A DNA stretch of 64,000 nt. Origin: Kiloniellales bacterium. Its GTDB lineage: Bacteria > Pseudomonadota > Alphaproteobacteria > Kiloniellales > JACOMY01. The position numbers and the translations under genes are program-made. A model generated the notes under the pieces. The model saw only the letters and a list, made by a program, of their open reading frames with translations. It made no database searches and was not told the origin of the DNA. Shown piece after piece: positions 50,208 through 59,423 of the stretch; the stretch's first letter is position 1, and each line of letters starts with the position of its first letter. The stretch is from contig JAVJSY010000090.1 of assembly GCA_040219175.1 (NCBI GenBank), positions 19,386 to 83,385 of the forward strand. The letters run 5' to 3'.

Positions 50208-51494
50208 TCAATGGAGATGCGGATAGGGGCCGCTGCCTTCCTCGTCCAGCTCGCGCCCGGTGGCGAAGCGGTCGAGGCGGAAGCAGGCGCTCAAGGGGTG
50301 CGGCTCGTCCTTGGCGACGGTCCAGGCGGTGCAGAAGCCCGAAGCCGGAATCGCCTTGAAGCCGCCATAGCACCAGCCGCCGGTCAGGTAGAGGCCGGGG
50401 ACGGGCGCAGCAGAGATGAAGGGGGATCCGTCCATAGTCTGATCGACCACCCCGCCCCACTGCCGAAGCAAGCGGGCCTTGCCCAAGGCCGGGATAAGCG
50501 AGACGGCGGCGGCCGCGGCCTTGCGCGCGACTGCGATCCCACCCCGCCCGCTGTAGGAGGCATGACCGTCCATATCGCTGCCGAAGACCAGGCCGCCCTT
50601 GTCGGATTGCGAGATGTAGAAGTGGCCGCCGGACCAGGAGATGACATGGTCGATCATCGGCTTCAGTCCCTCGGTCACGAAGGCCTGCAGCAGGTGGCTC
50701 TCCAAGGGCAGGCGCAGCCCCGCTTTCGCCGCCAGCAGCGAGGTGTGGCCAGCCACAGCGAGCACGACCTTGTCGGCCCGGACCGGGCCCTTCCCGGTCT
50801 CGACTCCGGCAATGCGCTGGCCCTTCCACAGGTAGCCGGTGACCTCGCAGCCTTCGACGATGTCGACGCCCAGGCGGTCGGCGGCTCTGGCATAGCCCCA
50901 GGCCACGGCATCGTGCCTTGCCGTCCCGGCATCGTGCTGGATCATCCCGCCCACCACCGGAAAGCGCGCGCGCTGAGAATAGTCGAGGTAGGGCAGCAGT
51001 CTCTGCATCTGCCCCAGATCCAAGAGTTCTGCGCGCAACCCGTTCAGAGTCATGACATTGACCCGCTGGGCATAGGCATCCATGGCGTCCGGGCTGTGCG
51101 CCACACCGACCATGCCGCGCGGCGAGAACATGACGTTGTAGTTCAGGGTCCGGCTCAGATCCCGCCAAAGGTCGAGCGAGAAGCGATAGAACTGGAAGTT
51201 GCCCTCTTCCATATAGTTGGCGCGCACGATGGTGGTGTTGCGTCCGGTGTTGCCGCCGCCCAGCCAGCTTTTCTCCAGCACCGCGACACGGCGAAGACCA
51301 TGCTCCTTCGCCAGGTAGAAGGCTGTTGCCAGGCCATGACCGCCACCGCCCACGACAACGACGTCATAGGCCTCCGCCGGCTCGGCGGCGCGCCACTGGC
51401 GCGGCCAGGCACGCCCGCTCAAGGCATGGGACAGCAGTGAGAAGGCAGAGAAGGTCACCGGCGCGCCAATCCTTCCAGCGGTGAGCCGCAGCAT
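50208..51494 (-). CDS. soxB: Sarcosine oxidase beta subunit
   Basis: ATG at 51494 (MLRLTAG); the track ORF begins at a TTG four codons upstream (51506). YDVVVVGGGGHGLATAFYLAKEHG. Confidence 0.9.
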   Translation of the reverse strand: MLRLTAGRIGAPVTFSAFSLLSHALSGRAWPRQWRAAEPAEAYDVVVVGGGGHGLATAFYLAKEHGLRRVAVLEKSWLGGGNTGRNTTIVRANYMEEGNFQFYRFSLDLWRDLSRTLNYNVMFSPRGMVGVAHSPDAMDAYAQRVNVMTLNGLRAELLDLGQMQRLLPYLDYSQRARFPVVGGMIQHDAGTARHDAVAWGYARAADRLGVDIVEGCEVTGYLWKGQRIAGVETGKGPVRADKVVLAVAGHTSLLAAKAGLRLPLESHLLQAFVTEGLKPMIDHVISWSGGHFYISQSDKGGLVFGSDMDGHASYSGRGGIAVARKAAAAAVSLIPALGKARLLRQWGGVVDQTMDGSPFISAAPVPGLYLTGGWCYGGFKAIPASGFCTAWTVAKDEPHPLSACFRLDRFATGRELDEEGSGPYPHLH

Positions 51495-51577
51495 ACGGCA
51501 ATGCAATCCGATTTATCTTATATCGATGCATTGCGTCAATTTCCGATACATGCATCAATGACTGAAGGATCGAATTT

Positions 51578-51652
51578 GTGGAGGAAGGCACGGTGGAGGA
51601 AGACAGGGTGGAGGAAGGCAGGGTGGAGAAAGGCGGGGCGGAGGAAAGCGGG
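51578..51652 (+). repeat. 15-bp tandem repeat x5 (consensus GTGGAGGAAGGCAGG)
   Basis: Units at 51578, 51593, 51608, 51623 and 51638. Each contains GGAGGA-like purines, and the first four begin with an in-frame GTG. Confidence 0.9.
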
Positions 51653-53635
51653 GCGCGCGGCGTTCGCATCGAGGATGACCTGCGGATTCCCCTGACGGAC
51701 GGGACGGAACTCTCGGCCCGGGTTTGGTTCCCGGAAGGCGATGAGCCGCAGCCGGCAATCCTGGAGTATCACCCCTACCCCAAACGCTATTCGACCGCCG
51801 AGCGGGACGAGATCGCCCACGGCTATTTTGCCGAAAAAGGCTATGTCGCCATCCGGGTCGACACGCGCGGCTCGGGCGACAGCCAGGGTCGGATCTCGGA
51901 CGAATACAGCGATCAGGAGCGCGCCGATGCGATCGAGGTGATCGACTGGATCGCGGCGCAGGAATGGTGTTCGGGCGCGCTCGGCATGTATGGCCTTTCC
52001 TGGGGCGGCTTCAGCGCGCTGCAGGCAGCAGCCGCGCCGCCAGCCGCGCTGAAGGCCGTCGCAGTGGCCGGCGCGACCGACGACCGCTTCGCCGAGGACT
52101 GCCACTTCATGGGCGGTGTCATGGCCAGCGAGCACATCGGCTGGGCCGCGACCCTGCTCTCCTTCCTGACGCGGCCACCCGATCCCGCGATCGTCGGGTC
52201 CGGCTGGCGCGACCTCTGGCGCGATCGCCTGGAGCACTTGGACTGGGTGCTGCCCGACTGGCTGGAGCACCCCAGTCGCGACAGCTTCTGGACCAAAGGC
52301 TTTCCTTGCGACGCGCCTGACGGGCTGGCCGTGCCGACCCTGGCCGCCGGCGGCACGGCGGATGTCTTCGCCGCCAGCGTGCTGCGCATGGTGGCGCGCC
52401 AGCCCGATCTGGTGCGCGGGATCGTCGGCCCCTGGGCGCATAAGTTCCCGCACATGGGCATCCCCGGGCCCGCCATCGACTGGTGCAACCTCTGCACCCT
52501 CTGGTTCGATCGCTGGCTCAGGAACGCGCGCAACGGCGCCGAGGAGGCACCGGCACTGCGAGTCTTTCTCGCCGACAGCTATCCGCCGGAGGAGAACTCC
52601 GAGAGCGAGCGACCGGGGCGCTGGGTGGCGCTGCCTAACTGGCCGCTGCAAGAGGCAAGCGAGACCTCTCTGCATCTGGGCGACGCAGGCCGCTTGGGTC
52701 CGGCGGCCGGCAAGGGCCGCTTCGAGATCGCCACGCCGCCCGACCTCGGCACCGCCGGTGGGGAAATCATGCCGATGGGCTGGGGGGCCGATCTACCGGG
52801 CGATCAGCGCTGCGACGACGCCCGTTCCCTCTGCTTCGAGACCGAGGCCTTGAGCGCACCTTTGACCATCCTCGGCACACCCAGCCTGGCCCTGCGTCTG
52901 GCAGCCCAGCAAAGCGCCGGCTTCTGCGTGGCGCGCCTGTGCGACGTGGCACCTGACGGGCGCTCGACCCGCATTGCGCTTGGCGTGCTCAACCTCGCCC
53001 TGCGGGACGGCTATGGCGAGCCGAAACCGATGGTTCCCGGCGAAGAGATGGAGGTCACCTTGGCCTTCGGCGCCGTCGCCCATCGTCTGGCCGCCGGGCA
53101 CCGCCTGCGCCTGGCGCTCTCCACCAGTTACTGGCCGCTGCTCTGGCCGAGCCGTGAGCCCTTGGCACTGACGCTTGCTGCAAGTGCAAGCAAGCTGACC
53201 CTGCCGCAGATGCCCAGCGAGGCTGAGGATTGGACCGGCTTTGGTCCGCCTGACGGAGCCGAGGCTCTAGCGCGCCGTCGCTTGCGGCCGGCCGAGAGCA
53301 GCCGAGAGGTCACGCGCGACATCGCCAATGCCATGACGATCTATGCCGTGACGGACAAAGCCGCCGTCACCTTGGCCGAAGACAACGGCCTGCAGACCGG
53401 CGGCGAGACCATCCGTCGCTACAAGGTCAGCGATCGCAATCCCGCTGCCGCTCGGCTGGAAACCCTGCGCCGGCTCTCGGTGGAACGCGGCGACTGGAAA
53501 GTCTCCACTGAAACGGAAGTCACCTTCTTCGGCGACCGGGAGCACTACATGACGGAGGCGAAGATCGCCGCCTGGGAGGGCGAGGACCTCCTGATCGAAC
53601 GCAGCTTCCGCTCCCGCACCCCACGGAGCGATTGA
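51578..53635 (+). CDS. CocE/NonD-family (X-Pro dipeptidyl-peptidase S15-like) hydrolase
   Basis: IPLTDGTELSARVWFP...ILEYHPYPKRY...GYVAIRVDTRGSGDSQG, with nucleophile region GLSWGG. The true start is ambiguous among the in-frame GTGs at 51578, 51593, 51608 and 51623. Confidence 0.8.
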   Translation: MEEGTVEEDRVEEGRVEKGGAEESGARGVRIEDDLRIPLTDGTELSARVWFPEGDEPQPAILEYHPYPKRYSTAERDEIAHGYFAEKGYVAIRVDTRGSGDSQGRISDEYSDQERADAIEVIDWIAAQEWCSGALGMYGLSWGGFSALQAAAAPPAALKAVAVAGATDDRFAEDCHFMGGVMASEHIGWAATLLSFLTRPPDPAIVGSGWRDLWRDRLEHLDWVLPDWLEHPSRDSFWTKGFPCDAPDGLAVPTLAAGGTADVFAASVLRMVARQPDLVRGIVGPWAHKFPHMGIPGPAIDWCNLCTLWFDRWLRNARNGAEEAPALRVFLADSYPPEENSESERPGRWVALPNWPLQEASETSLHLGDAGRLGPAAGKGRFEIATPPDLGTAGGEIMPMGWGADLPGDQRCDDARSLCFETEALSAPLTILGTPSLALRLAAQQSAGFCVARLCDVAPDGRSTRIALGVLNLALRDGYGEPKPMVPGEEMEVTLAFGAVAHRLAAGHRLRLALSTSYWPLLWPSREPLALTLAASASKLTLPQMPSEAEDWTGFGPPDGAEALARRRLRPAESSREVTRDIANAMTIYAVTDKAAVTLAEDNGLQTGGETIRRYKVSDRNPAAARLETLRRLSVERGDWKVSTETEVTFFGDREHYMTEAKIAAWEGEDLLIERSFRSRTPRSD

Positions 53636-53657
53636 GGGAGTCTGCCCATCTATCAAT

Positions 53658-53680
53658 CCCGCGCTGGCGCGGGTTTTCTT
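53658..53680 (+). terminator. Candidate Rho-independent terminator after the CocE/NonD gene
   Basis: cccgcg-ctgg-cgcggg followed by ttttctt. Confidence 0.5.
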
Positions 53681-53824
53681 ACCGCTTGCCTGGCCAGTGG
53701 CCGCCTCCCGCACCCCGCAAGAGACGGCCCATCGGGTCTGTCCTAGTGGTGCAACCCAGAGGGATGGTTCCCATCCGCCTGGATGAGTTGCCCCACCAGA
53801 TCAACACGTTAGTGGGCCGATTCA

Positions 53825-53851
53825 CCGAACGCTTGGGATCCAAGCGTTCGG
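53825..53851. other. 12-bp-stem palindromic hairpin between convergent genes
   Basis: ccgaacgcttgg-gat-ccaagcgttcgg, 12 nt beyond the SBP stop (53863). No T-run on either strand. Confidence 0.5.
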
Positions 53852-53862
53852 ATCGGGCCACT

Positions 53863-55470
53863 CTAGCTGGCGAACCACCAGCGTTCTGCTGCGCGCGAGC
53901 CATCCAGCGGAGAGATGCCGCTGATCTTGGCCTCATGCTCGACGTTGGTACGCCTGCCCATCACGCGGTTACGGAAGAAGGGGATCACCACGCCGCCGTC
54001 GTCGCGCACGATCTGCATCATCTCGTGATAGAGCTCGGTGCGCTTGACGTTGTCGAGTTCGCTCTTGGCCTCGGCCAGCAACTTGTCGAAGCGTTCGTTC
54101 GAGAACCGGCTCTCGTTCCAGTCCGCGCCGCTCTTGTAGGCGGTGGAGAACATGACGTCCGGCGTCGGCCGGGCGCTCCAGGTCGAGACCACGAAGGGTT
54201 TCTTCATCCAGACGTTCGACCAGTAGCCATCGTTGGGCTCGCGCTTGACCTCGATGTCGATGCCGGCCTTCTTGGCGTCCTCGGAATAGAGCACGGCCAG
54301 ATCGACCGCCCCGTTGAAGGCGGAATCGGCGGCCGAGAGGGTGACCTTCAGGCTGTCGAGCCCGGCCTTCTTCAGATGATGCTTGGCTTTCTCGGGATCG
54401 TATTCGCGCTGCGGCAGCGGCGTATAATAAGGCATGCTGGGCGAGATCGGCTGATCGTTGCCGATCGACCCGAAGCCGCGCAGCGCACGATCCACGGCGC
54501 CTTGCCGGTCGATGGCCAGCTTCAAGGCCATGCGCACATCGTGATTGTCGAAGGGAGCGACCCGCATATCCATCGGCAGGGTCGCATGCGCGCCGCTGGG
54601 GACGTCGTCGATGACGACCTCATCCTGCTGGGCAAAGAGACGTGCCGTCTTCAACTCGATGTCGCTGATCGCGTCGACCTCGTCGGTCAAAAGCGCATTG
54701 GCGCGCGCGGCCGGATCGTTGATCGCCAGGAACTTCACGCCGTCGAAGTGTGCCCGCCCGTCTTTGAAGTAGTTCGGATTCCGGGTCAGGTCCGCGCCAA
54801 CGCCGGCCTCGAACATCTCCACGACATAGGGCCCGGTTCCGGGTCCGGAGACATCGATCTTGCCCGCGCCGTCCGAGGGGCAAACGGTGAAGTGGAAATC
54901 CGCCAGGGCATAGGGCAGGTCGGCGTAGCCGCTGCTGGTGGTGATGATCACCTTGTTGCCGTCGGCCTTGATATCCGTGACCGTGGCCAGCAGGGCCTTG
55001 CCGCCCGACTTGGAGTCTTCGCCCAGGTGATAGAGGAGCGAATCGCGGACGTCGGCTGCGGTCAGCGGCTTGCCGTTGTGGAAGGTGATGCCCTCGCGCA
55101 AGGTGAAGGTCCATTGGGCCGCGTCTGACGAGGCCTCCCAGCCCTCGGCCAGCTCTCCGACCACGGTGCCGTCCGGCAGGATCTCGGTCAGGCAGTTGCG
55201 GATTGCATAGGCCATCTCCACCGTGAACTCGCCGTTTGCGGTTGCCGGATCCAAGGTATCTGCGGTGTTGGCGTCGTGCAGGCCGACGCGGAAGATACCG
55301 CCGCGTTTGGGCGTTCCGGCCTCAGCCTGGCCCGGCCGCCAAAGCGAGGCAGCACCCAGGGCTGCACCGCTGGCGACTGCGCCTTGCAGAACTCTGCGGC
55401 GTGACCAGCGTCCGCCCTCCACGCCCGCAATCAGGGCACCAAGTGGCTTTCCGTCGTACCGATCAGACAT
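53863..55470 (-). CDS. ABC transporter substrate-binding protein, family 5, Tat-type signal (no cognate permease or ATPase adjacent)
   Basis: 535 aa. Twin-arginine signal SRRRVLQGAVASGAALGAASL...AEA, and FHNGKPLTAADV. Confidence 0.85.
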   Translation of the reverse strand: MSDRYDGKPLGALIAGVEGGRWSRRRVLQGAVASGAALGAASLWRPGQAEAGTPKRGGIFRVGLHDANTADTLDPATANGEFTVEMAYAIRNCLTEILPDGTVVGELAEGWEASSDAAQWTFTLREGITFHNGKPLTAADVRDSLLYHLGEDSKSGGKALLATVTDIKADGNKVIITTSSGYADLPYALADFHFTVCPSDGAGKIDVSGPGTGPYVVEMFEAGVGADLTRNPNYFKDGRAHFDGVKFLAINDPAARANALLTDEVDAISDIELKTARLFAQQDEVVIDDVPSGAHATLPMDMRVAPFDNHDVRMALKLAIDRQGAVDRALRGFGSIGNDQPISPSMPYYTPLPQREYDPEKAKHHLKKAGLDSLKVTLSAADSAFNGAVDLAVLYSEDAKKAGIDIEVKREPNDGYWSNVWMKKPFVVSTWSARPTPDVMFSTAYKSGADWNESRFSNERFDKLLAEAKSELDNVKRTELYHEMMQIVRDDGGVVIPFFRNRVMGRRTNVEHEAKISGISPLDGSRAAERWWFAS

Positions 55471-55696
55471 GAACTGGCTCTCCCATCGTTAGCCCACGGT
55501 CCAAGCACCGTGGATCGTTGCCGGTGGCCCGGATTGTAAGGGTCAAAACTCGATGCTGTAAATCACATTCCGACAAACAATGCAAAATAATGACACTTTA
55601 TCGTGGATACAGCCGTGGCGCTTCGCCAGACTGGACGCCAGCCGCGCTTAGAGCCCGTCCGGACCACAGAGCGTTATGAGAAGGAAAATCGAACCG

Positions 55697-56482
55697 TCAG
55701 GCGGTGAGCGCCTGTGCGTTCCGCTGCAAGGTGGCACCACCCAAGGCCGCGGTCGCGTCGTCGGCCATGCCGGCTACCATGGCGCCAACCTCTTCGAAAC
55801 GCTCCTCCGTCAGCTTCTGCTCGTCGGCGGTCAGGATGAGAGAGCCATAGGGCTCGGTTTCGCGCCACCAGATCGCCGCGGCGACCGAATTGACACCGGG
55901 CTTCAGGCCACCCGCCGAGGTGGCGTAGCGTCGCCTGCGCACCTCGGCCAGCTCCGCGCGAAGGCCCGAGATGTCGCCCGACTTGAAAGGCAGATAGCCG
56001 GTCCAATCGGTGTGCGGCTCGTCCAAACGCGCGATGTCCTCCTCCGGCAAATAGGCCAGAACAGCCTTGCCGGCGGCCGTGGTGGTGATCGGGACGCGGC
56101 TGCCCGGCTCTGCGGAATAGGGGCGGCCGTGCGTCCCCTCAACCTTGTCGAGGTAGACGATGAAGGGAAAAGAGCGATAGGCGAGAAAGGCCGTGTAGCC
56201 ACTGTTCTGCGCCCCGAACCTGAGGATGGGATGCAGCAGGCGGCGTGCCTCATGGCGTTCCACCACATGCGAACCCAGTTCCCAGATCGAGAGCGTCAGC
56301 TGGTACTTGGAGGTGCCCGGCGCCTTCTCGACGTAGTCGGTGGCGTGCAGGGTGTTCAGGATCCGCTGCACGGCGCTCTTGTTCAGATCGATGGCGCGCG
56401 CGATCTCCGACATGCCCTGCGGCGCTGGCGCGTGGGCAAGATATTGCAGAACCTGGAGACCTTTACGGATCGTGGTGCTCAT
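55697..56482 (-). CDS. IclR-family transcriptional regulator
   Basis: 261 aa. N-terminal HTH IRKGLQVLQYLAHAPAPQGMSEIARAIDLNKSAVQRILNTL plus a C-terminal effector domain. Confidence 0.85.
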   Translation of the reverse strand: MSTTIRKGLQVLQYLAHAPAPQGMSEIARAIDLNKSAVQRILNTLHATDYVEKAPGTSKYQLTLSIWELGSHVVERHEARRLLHPILRFGAQNSGYTAFLAYRSFPFIVYLDKVEGTHGRPYSAEPGSRVPITTTAAGKAVLAYLPEEDIARLDEPHTDWTGYLPFKSGDISGLRAELAEVRRRRYATSAGGLKPGVNSVAAAIWWRETEPYGSLILTADEQKLTEERFEEVGAMVAGMADDATAALGGATLQRNAQALTA

Positions 56483-56589
56483 CGTTCCTCCAACGTGACC
56501 CTGTTCCCTGCTCGTGTCGTATCGATATTCGACACGCGCCAGAAGCCTCTATCGCCACGGACCTCAGAAAATCATAGACATAGTTCAAT

Positions 56590-57807
56590 ATGCGCTCCAT
56601 TAAGTCAATTAACGATCCAATCTCTGAAAGACTCGACGGCATGTACGATGTGGCGATCGTCGGTGGCGCGCTCACCGGATGCAGCACGGCCTACCACCTG
56701 CTGACGCGCGAACCGGGCTTGAAGGTGGTCGTGATCGAGAAGGATCCGAGCTACGAGTACGCGGCCTCGGCGCGCTCCAACGCCATGGTGCGGCTGGTCT
56801 TCTCGCAGCCCGAGAACCTCTTGATGTCGCGCTACGGGCAAGACTTCTACACGCGCTTTCCCGAACTGATGCAGATCGGCGCCGAACGGCCGCCCTTGGA
56901 CTATCGCCGCGGCGGCCTCTTGATCGTGGCCAATGACCAGGCGCAAGCGCAAGACATTCGCATCAATGCGGAGTTCCAGCGCGGCATGGGCTGCAGCCTG
57001 GAGCTGCTGGATCCCGACGCCATCGCCAGCCGCTGGCCGGCCTTGCAGACCGAGGACATGGTGAACGCCGTCTTCTCGGCCGATGCCGGCTGGATCGACC
57101 CGCACGGCGCGCTCACCGGTCTGCGCAAGAAGGCCAAGGACCTCGGCGCCTGCTTTCTCCAAGCCGAAGTCACCGGGTTCCAAAGCGATGGAGAGAGGCT
57201 TTCGTCCCTGCAGCTGCGGGATGGCAGCAGCCTGTCCGCCGGCACCTTCGTCAATGCAGCGGGCGCTTGGGCCGGCTCCCTCTGTCGCAGGCTCGCCATC
57301 GCGCTGCCGGTCGAACCGCTACCGCGCATGGTCTTCTATTTCGAAACCGAGGACCCGGTGCAGGGACTGCCCTACATCCGCGACGGCTTCGGCGTCGGCT
57401 TCCGGCCGGAGGGGCGCGGCTTCATCTCCGGCATCACCGATTTTTCCCTGGCCGGCGACTTCTGCTTCGACGTGCGCCACGAGTGGTTCGAGGAACGGGT
57501 CTGGCCCGGTCTGGCGACCCGCGTGCCCGCCTTCGAGCGCCTGAAGGTCAAGAACGCCTGGGTCGGCCACTACGCCCAGTGCCTCTTCGACGGTAACATG
57601 GTGATCGGTGCCTGGCCGGGGGGGCCGCAGAACTTCCTGATCGCCACCGGCTTCTCCGGTCACGGCCTGCAGCACGCGCCGGCCGTCGGCCGCGCGCTGG
57701 CCGAGCTGATCCTGGACGGCGGTTTTGTCTCTATCGATCTCAGCCGGCTGACCGGACAGCGGATACTCGACAATGCCCCCTATGCCGAGCGTGGCTGGAA
57801 AGCCTAG
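56590..57807 (+). CDS. FAD-dependent oxidoreductase (DAO family)
   Basis: YDVAIVGGALTGCSTAYHL dinucleotide motif. The alternative ATG at 56641 (MYDVAIVGG) is equally plausible. Confidence 0.8.
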   Translation: MRSIKSINDPISERLDGMYDVAIVGGALTGCSTAYHLLTREPGLKVVVIEKDPSYEYAASARSNAMVRLVFSQPENLLMSRYGQDFYTRFPELMQIGAERPPLDYRRGGLLIVANDQAQAQDIRINAEFQRGMGCSLELLDPDAIASRWPALQTEDMVNAVFSADAGWIDPHGALTGLRKKAKDLGACFLQAEVTGFQSDGERLSSLQLRDGSSLSAGTFVNAAGAWAGSLCRRLAIALPVEPLPRMVFYFETEDPVQGLPYIRDGFGVGFRPEGRGFISGITDFSLAGDFCFDVRHEWFEERVWPGLATRVPAFERLKVKNAWVGHYAQCLFDGNMVIGAWPGGPQNFLIATGFSGHGLQHAPAVGRALAELILDGGFVSIDLSRLTGQRILDNAPYAERGWKA

Positions 57808-59423
57808 CTTGCCCAGTCTCCGCCACCCTCGCGCACTTCGATCAGCGTCGGCCCGTCTGCCTGCAAGCCACCTTCGACCAGGTCTGCCAGGTCTTCTAGC
57901 GATTGCGCCGCCTCGGCACGCCAAGCGAAGGCGCGGGCCATGGCCAGGAAGTCCGGGTTCCGCCCCTCGACCGCCGCCGGTGCGATCTGTGCGGCCGTCA
58001 TGGCATCGCGGATTTCGCCCAGCGCCTCGTTATTCCAGAGGATCTGCACCAGCGGCAGCTTCAGTTCCGCTGCGGTCGCCATCTCCTGACAGGTAAAGAG
58101 GAATCCGCAGTCGCCGGCCAAGGACACCACCGGCCGTCGGGGCGCGGCCAGCTTCGCGCCGATGGCCGTCGGTAGCGCGTAGCCCAAGGTGGCGTAGGAG
58201 GCCGGATGCAGCCAGGTCCTGGGCTGGTCCACCGGGAAGGCGTGGTTACCGCTGTAGGCCAGCTGCGTCATGTCGCCGACGACGATCGCGTCAGCCGGTA
58301 GCGAGCGGCGCAAGGTATCGAGCACCCGACGATGCTCCCCGGCCTTGGGTCCGCCAAGCCGACTTAGGCAGTCGCGCGCGTGAGCCAGGTCGTCTCGCCA
58401 GGCTGCTGCCAAACCGGAGGTCTCAGCAGTCGCGAGCCTCTCCGCCAGGGCCTGGGCGGCGAGACCGGCGTCCGCCAGGATCGCCAGGTCGGCGGGATAG
58501 CGGTCGACCATCTTGCGCGGATCGATGTCCACCCGAATGAGCCGCCCGCTGATATCGAGGGTGTTGTTCGAGGCGTCGACCGTCGAGAGCTCGCTGCCGA
58601 TCGCCAAGACCACATCGGCCTTGGCGACCAAGGCGCGGGCTTCCGGCAGGGAGAGGGCCGCGCCCAGCACCTGCGCGTGGCCTTCCGGCACCACCCCCTT
58701 GCCGCAGAAGGAAGTGATGACAAGCGCACCGCTGCGTTCCACCACCTCCAACAGCGGCTCGGCAGCCTCTGCGGCGCCGGCGCCGACCAGCATCAGCGGA
58801 CGCTGGGCCTCCCGCAGCATAGCGGCCGCCTGGTCGATGGCCTCCAGCCGCGGTGCGGGACGGGCTGCGGGAAGGCGCGGCGACCAGTCGCCTGCCGCCG
58901 GCTCGGAGAGCAGATCGCGCGGCAGCTCGATGTAGACCGGCCTCGGCCGCCCGGCCATCGCCGCGAAGGCTTGCGCCACGACGTCCGGGATATCTTCAGG
59001 CGAGAGCGCCTGGCCGGCATAGGCGGTGAACTGCTCGGCGATCAGCCGCTGATTGCGCAGCTCGTGAAAGGGACCCCAGCCCTTGCCGATCTCGCGCCGC
59101 GTGTTGGTGGTGGCGACGACCAGCATCGGCTGGCTGTCGGAATAGGCCTGTGCGATCGGCGTGGCCGCGTTGGTGAGCCCCGGCCCGGAGATCAGGAAAC
59201 AGGCCGCCGGCCGCCCGCTCGCACGCGCGAAGCCATCGGCCATGAAGCCAGCCCCCTGCTCGTGCCGGGTCAGCACATGGCGCAGGCCCTGCCGTTCCAG
59301 CCCGCGATAGAGCTCGATCGTATGCACGCCCGGAATGCCGAAGGCCGTGTCGATCCCATAGTCTGCCAACAAGGCTACCAGCGCCTCGCCACAGCGCCTC
59401 TCGTGCACTCCAGTCATGACCAC
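57804..59423 (-). CDS. Thiamine-pyrophosphate enzyme of the acetolactate-synthase / 5-guanidino-2-oxopentanoate-decarboxylase (AruI)-like group
   Basis: 539 aa. FGIPGVHTIELYRGL...TRHEQGAGFMADGFARASG, with TPP motif GDCGFLFTCQEMATAAELKLPLVQILWNN. Confidence 0.8.
   Translation of the reverse strand: MVMTGVHERRCGEALVALLADYGIDTAFGIPGVHTIELYRGLERQGLRHVLTRHEQGAGFMADGFARASGRPAACFLISGPGLTNAATPIAQAYSDSQPMLVVATTNTRREIGKGWGPFHELRNQRLIAEQFTAYAGQALSPEDIPDVVAQAFAAMAGRPRPVYIELPRDLLSEPAAGDWSPRLPAARPAPRLEAIDQAAAMLREAQRPLMLVGAGAAEAAEPLLEVVERSGALVITSFCGKGVVPEGHAQVLGAALSLPEARALVAKADVVLAIGSELSTVDASNNTLDISGRLIRVDIDPRKMVDRYPADLAILADAGLAAQALAERLATAETSGLAAAWRDDLAHARDCLSRLGGPKAGEHRRVLDTLRRSLPADAIVVGDMTQLAYSGNHAFPVDQPRTWLHPASYATLGYALPTAIGAKLAAPRRPVVSLAGDCGFLFTCQEMATAAELKLPLVQILWNNEALGEIRDAMTAAQIAPAAVEGRNPDFLAMARAFAWRAEAAQSLEDLADLVEGGLQADGPTLIEVREGGGDWAS

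Noticed and set aside
51578-51652. Tandem repeats (also 25797-25835, 13107-13132 and 18791-18818) as possible CRISPR arrays.
   Set aside because: The units are 13-15 bp and directly abutting with no spacers, and there are no cas genes. They are simple tandem duplications.
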